DNA of 64,000 bases from Podospora anserina. Taxonomy: Eukaryota. Under the pieces are notes generated by a model. The model made no database searches. It saw only the letters and a list, made by a program, of their open reading frames with translations, and was not told the DNA's origin. A program made the position numbers and the translations under genes. Positions 12,784 to 24,788 of the stretch are shown here, one piece after another. The stretch is taken from positions 3,658,001 through 3,722,000 of the forward strand of contig CM030332.1 of the NCBI GenBank assembly GCA_017654855.1, read 5' to 3'. Every line of letters begins with the position of its first letter. The first letter of the stretch is position 1.

Positions 12784-15700
12784 GGTGGGGAACAGGTCAC
12801 CGAAAAGCAAAACAAAAAAAAAACAGAAAAAAAACAAGAGGCGTCAGATTCCAGATACCAGATACCAGAGAAAACTCGCTCCGCCTAAGTTTCTTGTCGA
12901 GCAGTGAAGACGCGGCTGAGGCGGTTGTGGCGGTGATATCGTGGTTGAAAAGGTTTGTTGGAAATGAAGGGCGCCCTGGTCAGTGTTGCTGTTGATGTCA
13001 AAAGGCAGTAGTGGTTGGCGTGAAGAAAGAAGGTGGGTTTGGGTTTGGGTTTTGGGGGGGGGGGTAGGGGCGTGAAGAAGGGCGCCGACGCCAGATGTCA
13101 TGGGAGGAAAAAGAAAAGCCAAGAGAGGAGTGACGGCGGGCCGGGTAACGGTCCATAAGATGAGACGGGCAATGAGTGAATCTCAACAAGCCTGGCTGCG
13201 AGCCCCCTGCGTGGAGACACGGAGGAACCGTCGGGGTGGAAAGATGTCTGCCAGACCGTGGGGGGATTGAAATTCGCGATACCTCGCCGGACGAGCCATA
13301 TAACAGAGAGAAAAAAGGTCGTCGGCACCGGATCGGGGAGACCAGGGAGCAAGTGTGAGGTCAAGGCCAAATCCAAGTAAATCGACAAATGTATGTATGG
13401 GGGCTCAGGTCAGTCGCGGCCGTGGGTGAATGGAGGGTGAGTGAGTGGAGTGGCCTGGGGACGATGAGATGGAGTCAAGGGGGGCCGTGTACTATGCGCG
13501 TTGGCCGTGGGCTGTCGTCGGGAAGCTCCTGTGCAGACGTGTGTCTATGGGCAAACGGCTGATGAAGCTAGATGGAGCGCATCTGGATCGGGGGAATCTT
13601 GCCAAAGGAAAGGGAAAAAGGAAGGGAGAGGGAGATATGTGGGCAAAGGTAATAATGGAGACCCAGACCCAGTCAAGAAGCGTCAAATGGGCGTGCGGTG
13701 CCGTGGGTGCGTGCAAGGAAGGCAAGGCAAGGCAAGGCAAGGCACAAGGTACAGGCCGTCTACAATTTGGTACATTTCTGGCCCCGGCTCTTCGCCATTT
13801 CTTTTTCGGTATATACTACCACCTGTGCTATGAGAATAGAGAAATGCCGTGCTTCGGGATAGATTCCGGCGTCACGGATGAGTTGCGTAGACTACCTACT
13901 AATTATCTCTGGCTCGTCGTCCTTCATCGACTCGAGACTGGGTCGTCCAATGGAGGGCACTGAAGAAGAGGCGACAAGACCCAAGAGTGACAGATGGACG
14001 TGGACGGGCAGCGAAAGCAGAGTGAAGAAGCGGCACCTAGCAAAAAAGAAGGTAGCACACACGGACCAAGCCCACACAATTGGCAGGCTAACACGCCTCC
14101 GGGTGTCGAAGAGGTGTGGGCCGTCGTCGTCTGGCACTGTGAGGTTTGTGGGGCCCACGAGGTAGATATCGCGTACTGCGCGGCCTGCAGGGATTTGCAT
14201 TCCCGCATCGTCCACATTTCAACGTCGGCAAAACCACCCATGGCCAGCCACGGCCTGGTACCTGGGCGATACTTTGTGCCCCAGAACCCCCGAAAACCTC
14301 ATCAACCTCACCCCAATCGCAATCCCTACGTACAACCACCACCGTCCACTTTTGGTTTCCTGTTGACATATATATTTCTCCCCTACGGACCGCGCGGGGA
14401 TGTTGACAAAACCAACCTCATCATTCGACAGTAGGGTGTGGAGCAAGGACAGCATAGACAGCATAGACAAGTGGAGAGCGATGGGAAGGGTTTGGAACCC
14501 GAAAGGGATGCTTGGAACAACGGCACTTGTAGTCAGAAAGAATGTTATATGATGGGATGGATGGATGGATGGACGGAAGTGATACCCATCTGTATTTCTT
14601 CGGTAGCTTTCACGTAGTGCTGCTGACTGGCTTGCTTTCGGTCGCCGTTAGCACAAGAAATGGTAAAAGCTAAGGTAGAAAATCGAGGGCAAATGCTTCC
14701 AGTCGCGCGCCCAGCTGGAACGCTGCCGCTGCTGCTGATGCAGACGGTCGCGCGGGCAGATAGGGCAGGCAAAATCCCCCGAATGGTGGGATATCAAAAC
14801 TAAAAGGGCGGGATCGAGGGATCGAGAAAGAACCGCACCGTGTGTCTAGCGAACATGAAGCTTTTGCGCGGGTATTTACCACAAGAGCCCCAAAAGCGGC
14901 CACACTTGCGGTCATTCAGCCAACCCTCTCACCCCCTCGTTCTAGACTCCTCTATCAATCAATGTCCATGACTGTTAGTACTGCCAGACCTGATGGTTGA
15001 TGATGGAGGTGGCCATGGAATATTGGCTTATGCAGGTGTCACTTTCATACTAGCCCCAATGTGTGTCCGCCCAACATCCCGCCTTCTGTCATCAAGCAAC
15101 CACCATCAACCCCAGATGCCCCTCTTTTTGATCCGTAGTTCGGTCTGTTATTAAATGGGTGGCCAGATCTCTTTGTCTCCGCGTTCAGGTAAAGCTTCTC
15201 GTAACCAGGACGGGACCCAACTCTTGGACATGTTGGAAGTGCCACATGTGTGTCGGCGGCGTATCTCATAAGGCTGCGACCGATCGGATGCTTTGGTTGA
15301 GCTGTCCCTGTGCGCCCCTGATGCCTTGAAATATCAGCTGGAGACGGTGGTCCTGAGCAAATCCGAATCCTTTCCGTATCATGGTCACGGCCGTTCCATC
15401 TGTTGAAGCACGCGCACCGCCTCTTCTCATGGTCGAACCCCTGTCCACGCCAGCCAACGGTTACATTCTGCAACGACCTCACCTTGCTAGCGATAGCTTG
15501 TCTCTGTCCTCACCTGTGGCCATCTGAAGATGATATCGGCGAAATAAAAACCTGCGGTGTCTTTGTTTGTACTGTGAAATGAATCGATGGATGCACGTAC
15601 GTTTTGGGCATCTTGCTTGATGATCGGCGAATGATGTCGACATCCCCGACATCTTGGCGTTCATCAACCCACCTCCGCTCCGCCCGGTCCGCAAACAAAA

Positions 15701-18700
15701 AACGCTTCTCCAGACCTTCTCTCATCACCGTCATACAAAACCTCGCGACCGCCCTCGAGGTCTCGCTGGTGGGGTTGGAGGGCTGGAAAGCAACTGAAAA
15801 GAGTCGAGAACACAGCAGCATTTTCGGCCCAACAGCTTGACACGATTTTGTGCAGACAGATCGCGAATCGCCAAACCATCTGATGTCGACACCAATACCG
15901 ATTTCCCGAATGGGCGAGATTTGAGCCCAGCCCAGGATCGTTCGTTGGAAAACCCCGTTGCCCCACAATTCAAACTTCCTGCCATGTGCATGCCGAATTG
16001 CAATCGTCTTGTCTCGTGGAGCTCAGCCCAAACAGCTTCATCATCAACAACATGGGATCATAGAAACATCGGCTGTCCGAATTTTCCTGCTGTTTCAGAG
16101 ATCAAACTTGGGAAGGGGGAGTGGCTCTCATCTTGGCGGTTGCAGCTGTCCAAAATCCGTTCAAACCGTTCGGGGAGTGGGGGCAGTCCTATATCACAGC
16201 ATAATAAGATCAGAGTCACCCACCAAAACGCTGCCATGTGCCTTTGACCGCTCCCTTATCAAAACCCTCTCTGTCTTGTTAGCATATCCTTTGGCCTGGC
16301 TGATGAGCCTTACTGTTGGCACTGCCGCCGCCGTCCGGTCCCAGATGGTGTTCCCTGCAGACGCCCCCAGGTCTGAGGTATCACGACAGGTTTCCCGGGC
16401 TTCGTCACGGGCGCACGAGGATAGAGTAGCGCACAAGCCTAGGTTACGTGTGTCATCCAGCTTGCGAGGTCTTACTCTCCCCCAGGTCCTAATATGACAG
16501 CGCAGGCCCCCTGGCTGACATCAGGAGGCTGTGGCGTCTGGTCTGGTGTCGGCGGGAATATTGTGTCAGCAGCCCCAAAGGTAGAGAGAGATGGTAGATC
16601 AAGAATTGTTTCTACAGTGGTCAGCACAGACGTAAAGCGCGTCCTCGTACCCAGCTGGTAATGGTGGTCTTGTCGAACGACAACGGAGAGAGATGAGATG
16701 AGTGGTCGGGATTTGAGGAATGAGGCTTTCCTCGGCCAGCCCCCAGTGCGACCCCGAACCATCACGCACTGTCCTGCTAGTGGCGAACGGGCGACGGGGA
16801 GCAATCTTGGCTTCCTTTCTTGCCGGGGGCTACCGTCCTAATTAACAACCGAGAGCGGTTGCAAAGAAAGGATCAAAATGTCCCGCTGTTGCATGATGAC
16901 AGAACACCTTCCAAGGCATTGTTAGGTCTCGATCTGTTGCTCTTATTTCTGCGAAGCAAAATGTTTGATGTCTCCGACTGTTTGTGTTGTCGAAATAGAC
17001 ACCATATCTCTCCTGCCGACCGTCGATCTCTTCTCAACACGACACCAAATCACCTGCCCCCCCCCCCCAGAATGATATTCTGCCGCCCTTGCCATGGCTG
17101 CAAAGGGGACAGACAGATAGGGAGCGGGGCCACATCTGTGGAGAAGCCCAAATGATGTCTGGCCTTCGACCTCTTCTTGTGTTGATGCGGTGACCTGCGT
17201 GGTCGGACAGCCGATCATCGCGGAGGTCAAATACCGGGAAGCCAGCAACTCGAGATCTTGGGACTATAATTTTTCAACATCGGGACAGCAAGGGCGCACT
17301 GGCTACCTGTATTCACCTAGTGAGTAACCTTGTCGATTCGGCATGGAAAAAGCCAGGAGTCAACAAAGGGGATTCCGTTGTTTGGTGGGTACGAAGGACG
17401 GAGTTAGCAGTCCATTTTGTATCCCCTTCCACCCTATCCGCTTCGGCCAGCCATCGGCCTCATTAGGGTTTATCCCTTGATCTGGATATCACTAGACGAA
17501 CGAAGCAGCGGTCAGTGCAGACATAAGCTTCAACCGCCAGAATGCAGTGCTCAGTGTTTGGGCTTGGGGCATCAATGTGTCGCCTGCTCGTAGGAGTGCT
17601 ACCTTGGCGCGTGTCCTGGGTCGTCATTGGCGCTTTCGAAGCCGCCGCCTCGCTGTTGTGTGCCCTAACTCCATGTTCGAGGCCACGGGCGCGAGATAGT
17701 AGCACATTTTCGAGCTTATTGTTCTCTGTTTCCTTCGGAAGTGTTTCAGGTGGCCAGATCGTAGCTTTTGATGTTGACAGCTTGATCGGCCGGTCACGTT
17801 ATGAGGTGAAGATTGCCGTGTCACCTGCGGCGCTGAGGAAACCAAGCCGGATGTGGGGATGGAAAGGAGTCGGGCATGGGCCGGAGCTTGATGACGATGG
17901 GGTCCCAGGGTGATGTGCCAGGCTGGTGAGAGTAAAGGATCAGACAATTCAAGCTCCCTGCTGTTTCCTGTTGAGCGACTTGGTGCCGTTGTGTTGTGTC
18001 GTCTCCGGCGGCTGCGAGTTCTGTGACAGCTGTTCCTATCTCCCATCCTCGAAAGGTGGGAGCTGGAGGTCGGTGGGAGGTCAGCCGGAGGTTTCTGGTA
18101 CGGGACAAGTGGGGCTTCGACGCCAATTTTCTTTGGGGAGGAGGGGCGTTCCCAAGTTCAAGGGACTTTGATCCCGAATTCTTGGCAAGAGCAGGGGTTA
18201 GAGATGGAACCACCCGCCTCCTCAAAAAGGTGGGGCTCCTTCCCCTGCTGGATCTTTTTCCGCCCAAACGGCTGGGAAGAACCGACGTCGAGCGTGACTT
18301 CTTCAACAAGGCCAGGCAACAGTGGCCCTGGTGAAATCATCATGACCTTGGAAAAAGGCTTTTGTATCTATCAAATCATGAGTAATAATTCTTGCTGTGT
18401 TGTTTGAACCACAATTTTGCTGCACTTTCTTGTTATTTGTGCTGTTTGACAGGGGATGACTTGCTTGCATCAACATCTGGAGTCCCTCTTTCCCCCAGAT
18501 CGTATTCTTTTTCTAGCATTTTTGGGTCTTGGGTAAGTAGAAATCTTCCATTCTCAACATGATGAACGTGAAAGCTGATAGCTACGTACAGAGTTGATGT
18601 ACCAGCACCCTCTCATGAGATTGGATGAAGCTTGGAACTTACCCTTCAAGAAACAATAACAACTCAACGTCTAAAGTGTCATTTCACCGGCACTTGTCTC

Positions 18701-19900
18701 AACATGGGCATCTTGGGACATGGTCTTTGGAGATGTTAGCTCGGAGATATCGCAGACCCAAAAGCCCCAGTTCAAGGTCGCGAGTCTCATTGTTGCAACA
18801 ATTCAAATGTCAAGATATAGCGGGATCTGAAATGCCCTGACTACTGAATTCGTTCTAGGCTGGTCCTGAAGGGTCCTAGGGGCTTGACAACGACAACAAC
18901 AAAAACCCCGCAGTCGCTGTCTGTGCCGCACAGAAAAGGAATCGAACGAGAGACATTTCACATGTGCCGTGGTAACACAAGGCCTCATCTTCGACTCGAA
19001 TGACTGGCAAATATGGAGTATGGCGCCCCTATGTCTCACTCGCTGACCATAGAAATCGCGGCAGCTCGAGATCTGGCAATCAGTGACACCAAAGAGAGAA
19101 TACCGTCTCGAGGGACCAAAGGACTGTTGTTTTCTCACCTCGTGGAAAGGATACTTCTGCACGTCTCTTTGCGCCGTGCAGCGACCACCAGCAGCAAGGC
19201 GTATGCAGCTGGTTGTCGGCCTCTCGGCTGCCCATTCTTCCCCTTGCACGACATGCAGCCAGCCAAACATGTTCTGTGGTTTTTGCCCCGCATCCGCAAC
19301 AGCAGTCAGTGGTCGAGTGGGCACGTTGATGCGTGTCACCGTCCGGTCTGTCGCCTACAACACCACCTCAGGTCAACTGACCAGTCACCTTTTTGTCTGT
19401 CGACCGAGCGGTCACGGCCGGCTTGTACGTGGATATGTGTGTGTTTGACAGAGGCAGAAAGCAGCAAGCTACCCGTCTTCCGGTTCCCGCTTCCCGTCAA
19501 TCTGCCCTCTCTCATCCTTCCATAGCCCCGTATCGGGTGTGAAGACCTTTTGGCATGGCCAATTTTGCCGCTTCCCCTATGACTTGTACATACAGGCAAC
19601 CGGTGTGGCTGCCTGAGTGCTGAGTGTGTGCCACACTAGCAGGTAGCTGATGCCTTTTCGGTTGCTTCCCAATTCTCTTCGGCTCTTATCAGGGCGGCCC
19701 CCGTCCTCTTTGTCTCTGCGTACATCGGACCTCCTTCTTGACCTTACCTTTTCGTTGTCTAGTCAGTTGTTTTCTGTCGACCGGTGATTTTGCTGCCCGC
19801 TACTCCAACATCTCCGACTATACCGTGTGTGTGCAAAGGTGCTGTGCTTTATATCGTCGCATCACGTCAGATCGGTCCCCATCACATAGCAATAGGCACC

Positions 19901-21933
19901 ATGGCTGGGGCGGCTAGCGCCTCCAACATAGACGCAGCCGCAGAGCACAGCGGAAGTGGGAACGGCAGTGGTAGCAGAAGCCCCAACGCTGTCGCAAGGC
20001 CCAGTGTGATTAGCAATGGCGAGGGTAGTTCCTCTTCGCCTGTCACCGGAGCAGAATTAACATCGGGCTCCGGCCCGGGGTCTCGGTCGGCATCGGCATC
20101 GGTGCCGGGATCTGGATCAGTTCGGACCCTAGAGGACGTCATGAAAGAGCCATCCACCAGTGTTCCTGATGTTGTTGTCCTAAACGCTGTGCCCGAACCT
20201 CGTCTGCGTCGGGACACACTGGACCCGAAAGAAGACCTCTGGATGTCCACGGCAGATGGGTAAGAATTTCATACATGATACGCCCCCACACTCGTGGGTG
20301 CTTTCTTCTGTTCTGAGTGATGTCAGATAGTAGTCTAACACAAATGCGCATAGTCGATATAGCTCACCTATCATCCCCTTGAAAGTTGGCTCATCGCCGC
20401 ACATAGAGACCTTCTACGTTAGTATCAGCACCCAATACTTCCCACTCGAGTCCTTCTTGATGCTGATGAAACCTCACAGGTGCACAAGCACATCCTGATC
20501 AAGTATGAGTACTTTGAAAAGGCACTGTGCGGACCTTTCAAGGAGTCTGAGACCCAGTCTATCGAGCTCCCGGAGGAAGACCCAGCCATCTTCCACTTCC
20601 TGGTGTCATACTTCTACGAAGGGCGATATGACCCCATCAAGCCGCTAGCCGCCGTGTTGAGTATGTCATCAATGTCATATCCTATCCCTTCTCTCAACTG
20701 AAAAATTACCGCCATCCTGACACGATGCCAGTTGCCGACCAACCCAAAGGCAAAGACCCCGAACATGAAATCTCCCACCCGGCCACCACTTCCGCCAACC
20801 TCAACACCGGCGCCGACTCGGACTCGGACCGCTCCCTCTCCTCCCTCGAATCAGACGTCAGCACCATCTCCCGCCGCCGCCGCGACCGCCGCATCCGCCG
20901 AGCCGAACGCCAGTACGAACGCCTCCGTCAAAAACACCCCGGCCACCACCGCACAAACTGCCCCTGCCCCTCCTGCAGCAACGTCCAAACCGGCCCCGCA
21001 TGCTGGTCCTGCCGAGCACCCCGTATGCCACCCCCCCCTCACCCTCCCCCAGGCGCCATCCACCCCAACGTCCTTCTCATGAACATGAACGGCGTCCCCG
21101 GCCCAGGCCGACCACCACCACCACCACCACCACCAGGACACCCAGCCCACCACCGCCGCCGCAACGCCAACCGTCGTGGTCCCCATCCCCCTCCTCCCCC
21201 TCCACCACCACCCCCCCTCCCCCCCTCAGCAAACACCAACCCCAACCCTCGCCTCCCCACCCCAGCCGACCTCCAAACCTGGCTGTTGACCTACAACCTC
21301 TCCCTCTCGGTGTACATCTCCGCGTCGAAATTCCTCCTCGAACCGCTAAAACGCTGCGTGGCCCGTCACATCATCGATCTCCTTGAATCCGCCGGCCCAG
21401 ACTGCGCTTCCCTCGAGCTGTTGTACTCGTGTTCGACCCTCTACACCAACCTCCCCTCTTACGACCCCCTCCTCAAGATGATTTTCGCCAGGGTGGCCTT
21501 TCTCCAGTGCTGGAAACTTCCTACTGAAGGTGGGGACGGGGACAGGTACCTGGTTGAAAATCCCGAGATTGCCGCTTTGCTGCTGAAGGAGATGGCGAGC
21601 AGGACGGAGGATGGGGGGTTGGGGGGGACAAGTTGGATGGTCATGGGGGCAGATGGGGGAAGGATGTTGCCTTCGATGGAGAGGGTTGGGGATGGGTGGG
21701 CGGATGGGGTTAGGAATGGTGGGGGGATCAACGGAGGGGGAACGGGGTGGATGGTGCAGAATGGGGGAGGGGGAGGGGGGCACCATGGTGGGGGGGGACA
21801 TCATCACAATCATCCGCTGCCGCCGCCTGGGCCGCCGGGGAATTATCAGGGTTATGGGGGGTGGAATGGAGGAGGGGGACAGGTGCAGGGGCAGGTTATG
21901 TATGGGCACAATAATTGGCCTGGGAGGAGGTAG
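19901..21933 (+). CDS. BTB/POZ-domain protein with Cys cluster and Pro/Gly-rich low-complexity regions; 3 introns
   Basis: Spliced BTB motif (ETFYVHKHILIKYEYFEKALCGPFKESETQSIELPEEDPAIFHFLVSYFY), CPCPSC...CWSC, BACK-like YISASKFLLEPLK. GT-AG introns near 20260, 20418 and 20661. Confidence 0.85.
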
Positions 21934-22759
21934 GAGAAGGGGAGGTTATGGTTTGTCAATGTTCCGGTGATGGGGAATGGGTGATAATGGTGGGGATGGG
22001 GGTTATTGGATTGGAGTTTTGTCATGTTTTGGAAATACCATATAGATTGGATGCTTATTATGGTGTGTCGGTGATGGGAATTGAAAGAACGCTCTGAACC
22101 ATGTTGAGATATTGTAAAGAGTCAAGCAATGTGAATAGACTGAGCTGTGTGAACTTCCTTTCACTAATTTCATCCGGTATTTACTCATAACAAAACACTA
22201 CAACGACTAGATTCCGAATAGCCAAAAGAAAGTATCGACGTGTAAGTTAGGCAGGTCAAAAAGGTGTAAAAGTCCAAAAAGATCGCCGGCATCCACACTT
22301 TATTTGGTTGTGGTGTGTGGCGCCGAAAACTCGGTTTTACGAGGATTTGAACAAGGAAGCTCTCCGGGGTCGAGACAACTGGGTGGGGGAGGGGGGGGGG
22401 AGGGCTTTGCCCTCAGCCAGCAAGTCTTCCCGCTTGACCATTTGGCCAGAGTGAGCTGCTGTTCTTTGTTGAAGAAGATGTGTTGGACGAGATATACATA
22501 CCGTTGTTGGGGAAGGAGGAAGGTGCGGGGACAAACAAGGAAGGAAGGAGCGAGGGCTGGTGGTGCGAGAAGGGGGTGGTGGAGGAAGGAGCGAGGGTTG
22601 ATGCTGGGACAAGAGGGCAAGAGCGAGCTCGGAGAGTTATGTCATTCGTCGTTGTGGTCACTCGGAGACACAGCATACCGTTATTCGAGAAGTTCGTAGA
22701 TGAGCCAGCTCAAGTATTTATTCATATCTCACGCCTCTTCTGCATCAGTCAGTTGCCCG

Positions 22760-24234
22760 CTAATCCAGGGTATCATCCCGCAACTTAAACAGCATCCCTA
22801 GCACCTCGTCCCCTTTTGCCCGGATGGCATTGTGATGAAGCTGGTTCGTCTCGTGGACCTTGATCCCCTTGACCAACGCGGCCGTCTCCCTCGCTGCCCC
22901 GATGTCAACGTACATGTCGTCAATATAGCTCACGGCGTACACAGGTACTTCGTTACGGCGCAGCTGCTCTTCATCGTACAGATCTTCCTCCCACTGAGAA
23001 TATCTCGCCAACGCTTCCGCCGCTGGCTTGAGCGGCCTCAAGGTGGGATACGTGTCAAAGAATTGAGGGAAAACCATCTCGCCCGAGAAGTAAAATCTGA
23101 CCATTCCATCCACTGGCAGAGACAACTGGCTATGATCAGATTGCGTCCAAAAGAAGAAGTTTTCAAACTTGCGAGCTGCATTCAGTGCCGCCCAGTTGGA
23201 CGCTACGCCCCTGGAGCAGTAGATGCTCTCGTGTAGAATGGCGTAGACAGGGTTGCTGTCAAAAGGGACCTCACGCTCAAGTGCCATCAGTGTCGGAGTG
23301 GTAAAGTAGTTGAACTGATCCAGGTCGGAAATGAGCTTGACTACTAGATTGTGTACAGTATCTAGACCTCCGTGGCCACCAAAGGCCATGCCGAGACCGA
23401 GGAGACGGTGGACTGTAAAAGTACCACCTCCGGGAAGGAGGATATCGGCTTCATTCGTGGTCAGGTATGATGCGATTCGGGCGACGTTCGCCTCGTCTTC
23501 AGGATATTTGCTGTAGTAGGCTTCGTTTCGCTGGATGACCTTTCTATAGAGGGCGGAATACACTTCTAGAGGTTGGCGCTCGACAGGGGCCAGACCGCCG
23601 GTCATGAAAACCTCTCTAAGGCCTTGGGGGTACTTGGACAAGTATGACAGACAGACGAAGCCGCCGAATGACTGCCCAAAAATGGACCATGTTTGATACT
23701 CTGGCTTCCAGGACTCGGTCAGACAAAGCCGGATCGCTTCGAGGTCTCGCACGATGCTGTTGGCGCGGAAGAGCTTCAGGTACTCGACCTGCTGGTTGAC
23801 GTCCCCCTGTTTGAGGACGAGGTCTGTGTGGATGGGGTTGCTCATTCCGGTCCCGCGGTAGTCGACATAAAGCACCGTGTATCCGGCGTCCAAGGCACGG
23901 TTGGAAACGGGATGGCTTCGGGGCTCAGGGCCACCAAAGCCTGGGCCACCTTCAAGGTAGACCAGATACGGCTTTATGGGCTCATCCGCCGGTTTGGAGA
24001 GTCCTGGAATAGTCTTCTCCGGCCGGCTTATGCTGCGGGCAAAGAGCCGAATGGTTCCGTCTCCCGGGCGAGCATAGTTCAACGGGACCTCGAAGAACAG
24101 CTCAGTCACATGAAAACCGCCTAGTGATGGGTTAACCAAAGATTCAATACTTGTAACAGATAGAAATAAGGGCCATTACCAGGATGAATATGTGACCGGC
24201 TGCTGACCAGACGCGCAGTCCAAACAGGATCCAT
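22760..24234 (-). CDS. Proline iminopeptidase (alpha/beta hydrolase, S33); one intron near the 5' end (~24121-24179)
   Basis: YLEGGPG, DYRGTGMS, nucleophile GQSFGG, DDMYVD. Spliced N-terminus MDPVWTARLVSSRSHIHPGGFHVTELFF. Confidence 0.92.
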
Positions 24235-24788
24235 CTTGCATGTTGTTGTTTAAGAAGTGGCCGTTGGAAGTAGTTAAAAAGTTGCAGATGCGGGGATAAT
24301 AACCTTGAACTACCCATCGGCTTCCACCTAGGTTGTGACTGCCTCATGGCGAATGAGATGAGAGAACAAGCTCGTATTAACTTACAGAACCCTATGTGAG
24401 GCACGACAGGCTGCAACAACTGATCCAAAACGCATTCCATCGCCAGTTCCCATCTACCTTGGGTACCTCTTCAAGAGCCACGATCTCCACAGACATCGAT
24501 TTCCAGCTAGGTACAACCACAGGCGCCATCAGCATCGAGGTTGTGCTCCGCTGCAGATTGGAGCTGGGACCACACCTGATCTCCAGATCCCTGCACCACG
24601 CTAACGGTCGCCCCGCCCAGCCACGGAATCGGCCAAACATTCAGGGCCTGGTCGCTAAAAGTGGACTCGGCGGGGTGGTTTAAAAAGCTGGCGCGACTGT
24701 TTTCCCTCTTCCAGACCAACCATTTTCCACCAAGCTCTTCTTTCTCTGTTATACCAAGCAAGAGCTTACAAATGCGGCATCTCCCCTC

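Noticed and set aside
13720-14575. Short (GGCAA)n at ~13721 and (GGAT)n at ~14555; also TACC repeats at ~57961-57990
   Set aside because: These are ordinary simple sequence repeats common in fungal intergenic DNA.
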